A stretch of DNA of 52,649 bases, counting the filler, from Squatina squatina (lineage: Eukaryota), in assembly GCA_031763465.1 (NCBI GenBank). It is 3 parts of 3 records of this genome, joined end to end, with 100 filler letters (N's around TTAATTAATTAA, not from the genome) between each part and the next. Parts side by side here need not be neighbours in the genome. Positions count along the whole stretch, not along the records: positions 1 to 21,389 come from JARFOE010000013.1; 2 more parts are not named here. One strand, written 5' to 3'. The notes beneath the pieces are model-generated. The model was not told where the DNA came from. It searched no databases and saw nothing but the letters and a program-made list of their open reading frames with translations. Made by a program: the position numbers and the translations under genes. Positions 1-10,392 of the stretch are shown here, piece after piece; the first letter of the stretch is position 1; every line of letters begins with the position of its first letter.

Positions 1-323
1 CTTCCCTCCTCCTGGCTGGTGTTTGATATTATCTGTGGATCCGATTTTCGACTTGATGTTTTTCAGGTCCGGAGCGGGGGCACTGGTTGGCCGCAGCTGC
101 TTTGTAGCTGCTGCTACGGTGGGTTTTGAAGGCGTGCGAGGAATGGGTGCAACCCTCTTGGCCTCCGAAGCAGCTGTTGTCTTCAGTGCCAATGTTCTGG
201 GTGCCCGAGAGGTATTGGACGATGGTGTTCCAGGGGTGCCCAGCGGGGTGCTTGGTGTACTTGGGGTAGTGCCAGTGCTCTTAACAGAGGTTGTGGAAGC
301 AGTCTTTGGGCGACCTGTCTCAC
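1..323 (-). CDS. MAP4: MAP4 exon: end of Pro-rich region and first tau/MAP microtubule-binding repeat
   Basis: Acceptor tttttttttaactttAG ends at 324, phase 1. Translates [15 protein letters not shown]...[27 protein letters not shown], matching the MAP4/MAP2/tau repeat-1 motif (human MAP4 recalled as [24 protein letters not shown]). 323 nt = 2 + 107 codons, ending at the window edge. Confidence 0.95.
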
Positions 324-780
324 CTAAAGTTAAAAAAAAATCAAGCTATTTTCTGCACAAAAGTCACTGGTTCCTATACCAGCCTGATCTAGGATAAAAA
401 TATAAATAAATTTGACAGAATGAGAAATTGTGATAAAGATGAGGACTTATTCCATAATAGCAAACAGTACTGGGAGGACAACTGAACGATCTTGGTCTCA
501 AAATTCAAAATTCTTGAACTGAATACTGGTCCCAAAATTCACTATTGTATACTCTCATACCCCTCCATCAGTTCTTTCATCAAACAAAAAATAAAAACAC
601 GCAGCGCTCTTAAATTTACTGATCTACTGTCTCCATGGGCAGTTTAATTCATAGTTTCACTACTGTGTGATGTTGTTACGTCAAATTGGGGGAACAGGAC
701 TTTGATCCAACACAGGAAAACATTTATATGGGTGCAAATGCATCAAAAACCAAGGTCTGTTCCAAGGATAGGATCAAACA

Positions 781-961
781 GAGCAATTAAACACATACTT
801 TGGTTCTGTCTTCACCAAAGAGGACACAAATAACCTCCCAGAAATTTTAGGGAACCAAGGGTCTAGTGAGAGGGAGGAACTGAGGGAAATCAGTATTAGT
901 AAAAAAATAGTGCTGGGGAAATTAATGGGACTGAAAGCCGACAAATCCCCAGGGCCTGATA
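781..961 (+). mobile_element. CR1 LINE ORF2 fragment
   Basis: Translates EQLNTYFGSVFTKEDTNNLPEI...LGKLMGLKADKSPGPD, the typical CR1 segment preceding the RT domain. Cut by a gap. Confidence 0.9.
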
Positions 962-1061
962 NNNNNNNNNNNNNNNNNNNNNNNNNNNNNNNNNNNNNNN
1001 NNNNNNNNNNNNNNNNNNNNNNNNNNNNNNNNNNNNNNNNNNNNNNNNNNNNNNNNNNNNN

Positions 1062-1280
1062 ATTTCCTGTCATTCTTCTAAACTCTAGAGAATATAGGCC
1101 CATTCGACTAAATTTCACCTCACAGGACAGCCATCTCATCCCAGAAATTAATCTGGAGAACCTTCGTTGCACCCCTCTAAGGCAAGTATTTCCTTCCTTA
1201 GATAAAGAGACCAAAATTGTACACAGTACTCCAGGTGTGTTCTCATCAAAGCCCTATATATTTGCAGCAAGACTTCCTTA
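1062..1280 (-). mobile_element. CR1 LINE ORF2 C-terminal fragment
   Basis: GVQRRFSRLISGMRWLSCEVKFSRMGLYSLEFRRMTG resembles the CR1 motif LERVQRRFTR...LYSLExRRxRG. Confidence 0.85.
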
Positions 1281-1532
1281 CAATCATTATGTAACTTATG
1301 ATAAACCTTACAATCATAAGCTGCCTTTTTCTGTCTCAGCGCAGAGATGAATTGCAGTCCCTATTGTCCCAGCTGAGGTCAGCTAACTCAGCACAGTGAG
1401 TTTATTGAACCTGGCAAATTTACCAACAAAACCATTATGGGGGAGGGGGCTAATTAAATCAATAAATCTGCTGAGTAAAAAGGAAAACAAAATTAGCACC
1501 TGGCACGCGTGCCCCCTCCCCCCTACCCTTAC

Positions 1533-1739
1533 CTTTGGTTTCATGTCTTTGGTGGTCGCAGAGGAAGGCCGCACCAGACTAGAAGTAAGTCGCTTAGAAG
1601 TGGAAGCTGTTGACGTGGTTGAAGTGGACGTACTGAGTTTTTTATTGGGGCTTGGAGCAGCTGCTGTAGGTCGCTTAAGTGAGGCTGGTGGCTGTGGCTT
1701 ACTTTTGGTTGGTGAGATCTTTGTAGCTGGTGTGCCCGC
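1533..1739 (-). CDS. MAP4: MAP4 Pro/Ser/Thr-rich exon
   Basis: Pyrimidine tract plus AAG acceptor at 1741-1740 and donor AAG|GTAAGG at 1532. 207 nt, phase 0-0. Translates AGTPATKISPTKSKPQPPASLKRP...NKKLS...RPSSATTKDMKPK, like the human MAP4 segment ...NKKP...RPS...KDVKPK. Confidence 0.9.
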
Positions 1740-3392
1740 CTTTTATGTATCAGCAAAAGGGAATAAAACAAAAGTCGACAATGCCAAAGGAAACATGGAA
1801 TTAAAAGAAGCAACCCAAATAAAAAACAAAGTGAAATGCCAATGGTAATTTTACGCTAAGTAAATAAGCCCTGTGTTTCTGAGACAAATTTTAATTGTAC
1901 AAAGGTAAAAGATTGGTCTAAACGTCATAAAGTAGCCTCCCTCCCATGTAATAAAGGGTTAGCAGCCAAGCCACGAGGGAAAAGATGGAGTAGGAGTGGG
2001 AGGGAAAGAAAGGGGCCAAGAGAGGGTGGGAGGGAAGGGGTGGAGGGAGNNNNNNNNNNNNNNNNNNNNNNNNNNNNNNNNNNNNNNNNNNNNNNNNNNN
2101 NNNNNNNNNNNNNNNNNNNNNNNNNNNNNNNNNNNNNNNNNNNNNNNNNAGTTAGGCAACCAAGTTGTTGTGTTTACCTTTAATAAAAATATGAATCTGT
2201 CTGTTTAGACCGAGAGACAGATAATGAAAGAAATGAGAAAAACCTCACCAGCTTCTCCACAGGCAAGAGAGGTTTATGTTACAACAATTGAAAAGGGATG
2301 AAAGGGAAGATTAAGAAAGTAAGTAAAGACATCTCATTGCTTGTATCCACTATTGAAGTAATTCAGTGAGAATCTAATAATTCTGACCATGATATATTTT
2401 TCATGGCACTTTAACACAAAATACTCTCTAAATGGTAATCCCAGAAGCATATCCAAGGCACACTGGTAAACATTTGAAGTACTCTCAACAATGCTAATTT
2501 ATTTTTCCAAAATTAACTCTGCTGCAGTTAATAAAATATGCATGTATATTATTTTTGCAAAGAGCTACATAATTTTTTAGCCTATTTCTCTCCTTCATGA
2601 GTACATTAGTGTTGATTTTGGTGCTGATGCACTATTTTCAGTGTTTGAGGCACTGTTTTAGTTATTCTAGTAAAGCGAAATAAATATTAAACAGCTAATT
2701 AAAATGTGATAAGCACTGCAATTTAGCACTGGCGTTCCACAAAGATAGTTGGAAGAAAATGGCTTTGGGTAATTGGAAACCATTAGTGAAACTAAATCCT
2801 CCTCATGGACAAAAATGTATGTTTAGGTTTATCGATATAAAAATATTCTATCAAACATAACCCATATGAGTCAGATGAAAGACACAAGTTGTCAACTTAA
2901 AATGTATAATTCTAATATATGCACAAGAAGTCATCCATGAAAACATCCTGTGGTGTGTGGTGTCATGGTCACCTCACTGTAAATACAGCAGCTTTGCAAT
3001 AACTTGGGCTGTGCATTGAGTCAGTCTGGATTTTTATATAAATCTGATTTAAATGAACACTTCTTGACAATGCATTTATCAGGAAACAGCTGTAAAAATA
3101 AATGCATCGCTCAGGATACAATCGTGCCAACTTTTTGATTGTGCCACTTGCGCGGCTGAAAACAAAACCCTTTCACCATCAGTTTTCAGTCAACCAAAAG
3201 CCATTTTGGTTTTTGGCTGTTCTCAACTGCAAAATATCCAGTGAGACGCAGGATGAAACATATGTAGAGTGCTTCAAATCTTATTTTGAAGAAAGACAAT
3301 AGCTCAGGTTGAGGTTTACTAGGTAGAACTAAACTAAATAATAAAGTTAAAATTCTAGTCCATTGTGTTTATGAGTATGGTTGAACTCTCAC

Positions 3393-4065
3393 CCGCAATA
3401 TTTGTGTACTCAAGCGAATTGTTCTGAATTACTGTCAGTTCAGTTTTCTGTTTGCTATATCTCTGAATTCCCTCATAATCGCTCTCATGGGTTTTCACTG
3501 TTATGCAGCCTTCTTGCAGCTGGGAGAATGGAGATGCCTGTGTATTATTGACCTCAATTGTTTCTTTTCCCAATGAAAGGACTCGATTCGAGTGCTCCGA
3601 GAAGCTGTTCTTCTGAAGGTCAGTGCAGCCACCAGTCTGTTCATTTTTGCCGTGAAACATTTCTTCTGGGATCTTACTGCTGCTGAACTCAGGGATTTTT
3701 TCCAGCTTGCCATGGTGAAACGCAGCATTCACACCGTCTTTCATGCCTGGTGTGAAATCGGGTGCACTGTTTTCCTCTTTCCCGTGCCCTTTGCCAGTGA
3801 GCTGGTCAAACTGCAGTTCTGCTGCAGTTTGATCAGTGTCAAAGCTGTAAGCTGGGATTTGCTCCTCTGCTACGGTCATCGACCGCTTCATCTGTGCTAT
3901 CGGGCACTTCCTGCCACTGGTAGCAGCGGGCTGGCTGCTGGGGGAGTTTGTTGACTGTCCCAATGAATCACCCAGTGAGGGCTCTGGATATTTGAGAGAG
4001 GGAGGGCTCCGGGTATTGGAGACAGTGAGGTCTCTGGGTATTAGAGACAGTGAGGTCTCTGGGTA
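3393..4065 (-). CDS. MAP4: MAP4 oMAP4-type large alternative exon, 3' part
   Basis: Open frame ...SLKYPEPSLGDSLGQSTN...RKCPIAQMKRSMTVAEEQ...HGKLEKIPE...LGKETIEVNNTQ...NIA, ending at phase-1 donor G|GTGAGA (3392). Motifs match my recollection of mouse oMAP4 (DKYPE...MRRSMTVAEDQ...SKLEQIPE...GKKEIEV). The 5' limit is an in-frame TAA at 4068-4066 inside the repeat; a possible acceptor ends at 3984. Confidence 0.75.
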
Positions 4066-6478
4066 TTAGAGACAGTGAGGGCTCTGGGTATTAGAGACAG
4101 TGAGGTCTCCGGGTATTGCTGAAAGTGTGGCCGCTGGATATTGGAGACAGTAAGGGCTCCGGTTTTTGGCGACAGTAAGGTCTCCGGGTATTAGAGACAG
4201 TGAGGGCTCTGGGTATTAGAGACAGTGAGGGCTCCGGTTATTAGAGACAGTGAGGGCTCTGGGTATTAGAGACAGTGAGGGCTCCGGGTATTAGAGACAG
4301 TGAGCGCTCCGGGTATTGGAGACAGTGAGGGCTCCGGGTATTAGAGACAGTGAGCGCTGCGGGTATTAGAGACAGTGAATGCTCTGGGTATTGGAGACAG
4401 TGAGGGCTCCGGGTATTGGAGACAGTGAGGGCACCGGTATTAGAGAGAGTGAGGGCTCCGGTTATTGGAGACAGTGAGGGCTCTGGGTACTGGAGACAGT
4501 GAGGGCTCCTGGTATTGGAGACAGTGAGGGCTCTGGGTATTGGAGAGAGTAAGGGCTCCGGGTATCGGAGACAGTGAAGGCTCTGGGTATCGGAGACAGT
4601 GTGAACTCTGGGTATCGGAGACAGTGAATGCTCTGGGTATTGGAGACAGTGAGCGCTCCGGGTATTAGAGACAGTGAGCGCTCCGGGTATTAGACACAGT
4701 GAGGGCTCCGAGTATTAGACACAGTGAGCGCTCCGGGTATTAGAGACATTGAGCGCTCCGGGTATTGGAGACAGTGAGCGCTCCGGGTTTTGGAGACAGT
4801 GAGCGCTCCGGGTATTGGAGACAGTGAGGGCTCCGGGTATTGGAGACAGTGAGCGCTCCGGGTATTGGAGACAGTGAGCGCTCCGGGTATTGGAGACAGT
4901 GAGCGCACCGGGTATTGGAGACAGTGAGCGCTCCGGGTATTGGAGACAGTGAGGGCTCTGGGTATCGGAAACAGTGAATGCTCTGGGTATTGGAGACAGT
5001 GACAGTGAGGGCTCTGGATATCAGTGACAGTGAGGGCTCTGGATATCAGAGACAGAGAGGGCTCTGGATATCAGAGACAGTGAGGGCTCTGGTTATCAGA
5101 GACAGTGAGGGCTCTGGGTATTGGAGACAGTGAGGGCTCTGGGTATTGGAGACAGTGAGGGCTCCGTTTATTGGAGACAGTGAGAGCTCTGGGTAATGGA
5201 GAAAGTGGGCGCTCCGGGTATCGGAGACAGCGAGGGCTCCGGGTATTGGTGACAGTGAGGGCTCTGGGTATTGGAGACAGTGAGGGCTCTGGGTATTGGA
5301 GAGAGTGAGGGCACTGGGTATTGGAGACAGTGAGGGCTCTGGGTATTAGAGACAGTGGGCGCTCCAGGTATTGGAAACAGTGAGGGCTCCGGGTATTAGA
5401 GACAGTGAGGGCTCCGGGTATTAGAGACAGTGAGGGCTCCGGGTATTAGAGACAGTGAGCGCTCCGGGTATTGGAGACAGTGAGCGCTCCGGGTATTGGA
5501 GACAGTGAGGGCTCCTGGTATTGGAGACAGTGAGGGCTTTGGGTATTGGAGACAGTGAGGTCTCCGGGTATCGGAAACAGTGAATGCTCTGGGTATTGGA
5601 GACAGTGACAGTCAGGGCTCTGGATATCAGTGAAAGTGAGGGCTCTGGATATCAGAGACAGTGAGGGCTCTGGATATCAGAGACAGTGAGGGCTCTGGAT
5701 ATCAGAGACAGTGAGGGCTCTGGGTAACGGAGACAGTGGGCGCTCCGGGTATCGGAGACAGCGAGGGATCCGGGTATTGGTGACAGTGAGGGCTCTGGGT
5801 ATTGGAGAGAGTGAGGGCTCTGGGTATTGGAGACAGTGAGGGCTCTGGGTATTGGAGACAGTGAGAGCTCTGGGTATTGGAGAGAATGAGGGCTCCGGGT
5901 ATTGGAGAGAGTGAGGGCTCCGGGTATTGGAGAGAGTGAGGGCTCCGGGTATTGGAGAAAGTGAGAGCTCGGGGTATTGGAGAGAGTGAGGGCTCCGGAT
6001 ATTGGAGACAGTGAGGGCACCGGTATTATAGAGAGTGAGGGCTCTGGGTATTGGAGACAGTGAGGGCTGTGGGTATTGGAGACAGTGAGAGCTCTGGGTA
6101 TTGGAGACAGTGAGATCTCTGGGTATTGGAGAGAGTGAGGGCTCCGGGTATTGGAGACAGTGAGGACTCTGGGTATCGGAGACAGTGACAGGTCTGGGTA
6201 TTGGTGACAGTGAATGCTCTGGTTATTGGAGACAGTGACGGCTCCGGGTATTGGAGACAGTGAGGGCACCGGTATTAGAGAGAGTGAGGGTTCTGGGAAC
6301 TGGAGACAGTGAGGGCTCTGGGTACTGGAGACAATGAGGGCTCTGGGTACTGGAGACAGTGAGGGCTCTGGGTATCGCAGACAGTGCGAGCTGTGGGTAT
6401 CAGAGACAGTGAATGCTCTGGGTATTGGAGACAGTGAGGGCTCCGGGTATTGGAGACAGTGAGGGCACCGGTATTAGA
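3973..6478. repeat. 25-bp minisatellite, ~100 copies, consensus TTGGAGACAGTGAGGGCTCYGGGTA
   Basis: Directly visible tandem array with variant units (TTAGA/TTGGA, GAGCGC, GAATGC, 24-nt GGCACCGG units). Runs into the gap at 6479. Confidence 0.98.
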
Positions 6479-7819
6479 NNNNNNNNNNNNNNNNNNNNNN
6501 NNNNNNNNNNNNNNNNNNNNNNNNNNNNNNNNNNNNNNNNNNNNNNNNNNNNNNNNNNNNNNNNNNNNNNNNNNNNNNAAAGCTTTTCCACCCCACAATT
6601 GGATAATTCAGTCATACCGGTCGGTGATCGAATGAATTTAACTGGGACGTCAGTGCAATTACTGAAATGTGCATTCTACAATATTATGTTCAGGTAAATA
6701 AACAAACAAGTCTGAACAGTTAGCTACATGAAGACAATGCTGTAACATGCACATTTTAATGTATTTTCCTCTCGACACTCTGGACGGACAATGTGCTGTA
6801 AATCCTCTGCTGATGCAGTGCTGCAACTGGCTGCAAAATACTGTGCAAGAGTAACCAGTGGTCAGTGGCCAGAATATTCCAGCACGACATTCTGATTTCT
6901 AACTTGCAGTTCTAGGGCTTACAGACCTTTTCGGAAATGCACTTGTTCATTTTTTTCCTCTTGGGGAATGGAAAATAAGCTGTTCCAGCAGCCACTGAAC
7001 TGCCTCAAGGGATTGTGTTGAGAGGAGAAAGGAGATATTTGTTTTTCCTTTACTCAGTGCTGTAAAAATGTTTCTCCCACAGCTGATCATACTATTCTGC
7101 AGCTACTCCACATCTATTGGCCCCTACTGGAATACATGTGTAATCAGCTCCGCGATGATGCACCGCTCCCGTTCAAGTGGTGCGAGTAGGTTCACGCACG
7201 GAAAGCCATCAGTTGGTTGAGGTACAGAAAACACCTGTGTTACCCAAATCCAGCAAGAGACAGCATCTTCAGGAGAGAAATCTGGGACCAGTGGGAGATG
7301 GAAGAGAGGAGAAAAGCGAATAGGAAACTTGTTGGCAAACTTCTTCACTAAACAGCACACGTTACATGTAAAACGCTCGAGTGCGCACAGCGGGGTTCAC
7401 GCTACCTGCTGTTTGGCTCACACAGAAGACTAATAAAGAAAGGTACGCCGGCTCAACCATTTCTGACCGAATGATCAGAAATAACACCAGTCCAAGTGTC
7501 CCGCTTTAAACAAAGAGTGCAACCTAGGAGGCGGTGCCAGCATATGATCAAGCCTGACCTGCTGTCCTTGAGACTGTCAGTGGCAGATTAAGATTGAGCC
7601 TGAGGTTCAGTTTGATGCAGTTGATTTCCACCTCAATTAGCCGACAGACCACATTACACATTGTTTTAATTCTGGGAAAGAGACAAGACCAGGCAGCTGA
7701 ACATCTGTGAAAGGGTAAANNNNNNNNNNNNNNNNNNNNNNNNNNNNNNNNNNNNNNNNNNNNNNNNNNNNNNNNNNNNNNNNNNNNNNNNNNNNNNNNN
7801 NNNNNNNNNNNNNNNNNNN

Positions 7820-8603
7820 GGCTGTCTGAATAATCTGCCTCTCTTCTCTGGTTCCCTATAACTGCCTCTTCATGGCCCTCTGAAGGGGCTTCAGTTTTGT
7901 GCAATGGTGGGCATACCATTTGACTCTCTGCACTTCCAGATGCCCAAATACTACTTTGACTTAGTACGCTATCTACCTGCTGTGCTTTTACTTGCACCCC
8001 TGATGCGTCCTTGTATGCCCCCTCAGTGTTCAAGACATTTCCCTTATGCTCCCGTGTCCTTCCTGCGGGCAGCCCTTCTAGCCGCTGGTCAGAAATAATT
8101 CCTTGAACCTCTTTAGCTTTAGCCTGCATGTCCANNNNNNNNNNTTGGATGTGAGCGTTTTTTCTTTGTCTTTTTCGTCTCCACAACGGGTTTTACTACT
8201 TGGGATTCTATCGTCTGTGTGACTTCCGTAACCTCTGCAAGCTTATCTTTCCCAGGGGGCTGTTCTAATGGTGGAACTTCAACACTTGTGGTGGTTGTGG
8301 TGGTGTTAGTCAGCACCACAGCGCCCATTGGCAAGTCAAAGTTCCCGCAGGCTGGTGGGAACACTTCTGTGAACGCAGGAATTCCTGCGTCACGGCCCAA
8401 GTTCTTCTGTTGGGGGGCGCTAGGCGAGTGATTTATTGGTGCTTGCAGTAGAGCATCAACTGCAATGGTGGTCTTCGTCATATTTGAAACTAGCAAGTGA
8501 TCATCCATTAAGCCAACACTGCTCAAAGCTGGATCACAGCGGTCTACAGGGTGGAAAGACGTTTCAACTTGATTCAGGCCGGTGAATGGCACACCAAATT
8601 CTT
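7820..8603 (-). CDS. MAP4: MAP4 large projection-domain exon (mMAP4-type), 5' part, interrupted by a 10-N gap
   Basis: Acceptor atttttcccttgtatgTAG at 8604, phase 1. Open frame EEFGVPFTG...VETKKTKKKRSHP, then after the gap DMQAKAKEVQG...EADYSDS to the next gap. The basic KKxKKKRSxP motif resembles the recalled KKKKKPKQKRYSQP motif of the mammalian large muscle exon. Confidence 0.65.
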
Positions 8604-8969
8604 CTACATACAAGGGAAAAATAGCAGCTAAATACAATATCACAGTTATCAACTCTCAAGACCCAAATGTATTCAGCACTTGAACTTTTGCTCTCCATCT
8701 TATCTGCATGTTCCCTCCTTTGTGGCAGGAGTAATGGGAGGCAAAACCTGGCATAATCTTAATATAAACAGTGCGTCTAGTAGGTAGACGCACTGACTTC
8801 TGTAGCATTAAGCCACACAGACTAGTAAGGCCCAGGTTCAATCCCTGGTTGGCCAGTGTTGATAGAGGTAGACAAACATACACCTGATGAGGAAATGACA
8901 GGGGACTGGGATTAAGGGGATAACTCTTTCAGAGGGCTGGCTCAAACTGAGGGGCAGAATGTAAAATTT

Positions 8970-9049
8970 TAAGCCTTTATTACAAGAGGATTTGAGTACA
9001 GGAGTAAAGATGTCTTACTGCAATTATATAGGGCCTTGGTGAGACCGCA
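8970..9049 (+). mobile_element. CR1 LINE ORF2 fragment
   Basis: Translates AFITRGFEYRSKDVLLQLYRALVRP (CR1 LYRALVRPHL motif). Confidence 0.8.
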
Positions 9050-9149
9050 NNNNNNNNNNNNNNNNNNNNNNNNNNNNNNNNNNNNNNNNNNNNNNNNNNN
9101 NNNNNNNNNNNNNNNNNNNNNNNNNNNNNNNNNNNNNNNNNNNNNNNNN

Positions 9150-9715
9150 CACGCAACATCTTACCATTGCGCGCTGACCTCTCCCCGCCTGCAATCCCCT
9201 GTGCGCTGTGGGGGTGCCGCCTCCAGTATTGGAGGTGGCTTGTCCCGTGATGTCACTGGCATCAGCAACGACAGGCTTCCCCAGTCGTTGCCAGGGGCTT
9301 TTAAAGGTGCGGATGTTGTGCCGGCAACCACCATCTTTAAACATATTGTCAGCTGATGTGTGGCAGCCAATCGCCCCTCCAACCACCTTGACCCTCTTTG
9401 CCAGCAAGCTCTCTGGCGTGCTGGCACATTTTCCCCACCGGCTTTGGGGTCCCTAGTAGTCCAGTGGCCCTGGGTCCCTAACCCATTGGCAAGCCTGCGG
9501 CCCTTTCAGGGGGTGGGGCTGCGGCTTGGGCATGCGCAGTCGCACTGGCAGCGTGACTTGCGCCACACGGCTGGCATAACCCGGCAGATGCAGCCAGGTT
9601 ACCGCCGTGACAATGCTGGCCGAAAACATGAACAAAGAGCCCAAATCCATATCACTGTCGCTGGTGACTTGGTGCAAATTGGGCTACAGGGCCCCGAATT
9701 CAGGGGCCCATTTTG
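9150..9715. mobile_element. GC-rich non-autonomous DNA transposon (PIF/Harbinger-type MITE, probable)
   Basis: 9150-9290 is the diverged reverse complement of 37828-37975, including the GCAACGACAG...GTCGTTGCC hairpin. The end region carries GAATTCAGGGGCCC. Confidence 0.55.
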
Positions 9716-10263
9716 GGGCAGGCGAATTGAGGCTCCTTTCTCTTTCTCCTTCCTGTAATGTTCTCTTTACTTCTTTCCTACTCACTACATTTTTCTGTTT
9801 CCCTCTTTCTGTTTCTCTTTCTGCATGCAGCTCTCACATTGTTTAAGCTGACATTTCTGTAATTCTGGGTTTGCCTCCAACTCTCTTTTTCACTCTCCTT
9901 TATTTCTGTGGCTTTTTCTGAATTTCTTCCTTGATTTCTCTGCCTTCCACATTTGCTTATCTCCTTCCTATCTTTTGCTTCTATCCTTGCTTCCCTTTCT
10001 TCTGGCTCCCTGCACAGGTTCCCACAATACCTACTAGGAGATGGGTGTGGTGGAGGGGAAGAGCAGCAAGAGAACCACACCAGGGTTCACTCACCTGCAT
10101 CTTAACAATCCATTCCTGATCTCTTGCCAATCCACAGTTGAGGAATGTAGGGGTATGAGGCACTGGGATAGAAATGGTCGAAAACACTTCCTTTTTCTCC
10201 TTTCCTTCTAACTGAAAAAATGAACTCTATGACCCTAAAGTTTTGAGACTTTAGGATCCTTAC

Positions 10264-10392
10264 CAAGAAGGCTGAAGGGAGGCTCTGTGCTCATCTGTGC
10301 TGACTGCGACATCGTCTCCATTATTGTCCCTTCTCCATAATGATTACCACCAAAAGACAGCAGTTCCACACCAAATGGCGTCTTGTGTTTTT
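10264..10392 (-). CDS. MAP4: MAP4 projection-domain exon (129 nt, phase 1-1)
   Basis: Acceptor aatttattttaCAG and donor G|GTAAGG. Only the phase-1 frame is open (KHKTPFGVELLSFGGNHYGEGTIMETMSQSAQMSTEPPFSLL), compatible with the flanking phase-1 MAP4 exons. No recognised protein motif. Confidence 0.6.

Noticed and set aside
23-1848. Plus-strand ORFs 23-397 and 1396-1848
   Set aside because: Antisense shadows of MAP4 exons.
3973-6478. CRISPR array or a repeat-encoded protein (ORFs 4690-4908, 5652-6269)
   Set aside because: Units are head-to-tail with no unique spacers, there are no cas genes, and the context is vertebrate. The ORFs are by-products of a 25-nt unit and are broken by TCTAA variants.
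10095-10211. Candidate extra MAP4 exon with a strong CAG|GTGAGT donor
   Set aside because: Open only in the frame that ends in phase 0, incompatible with phase-1 neighbours, and it would need a 52-56-nt intron.
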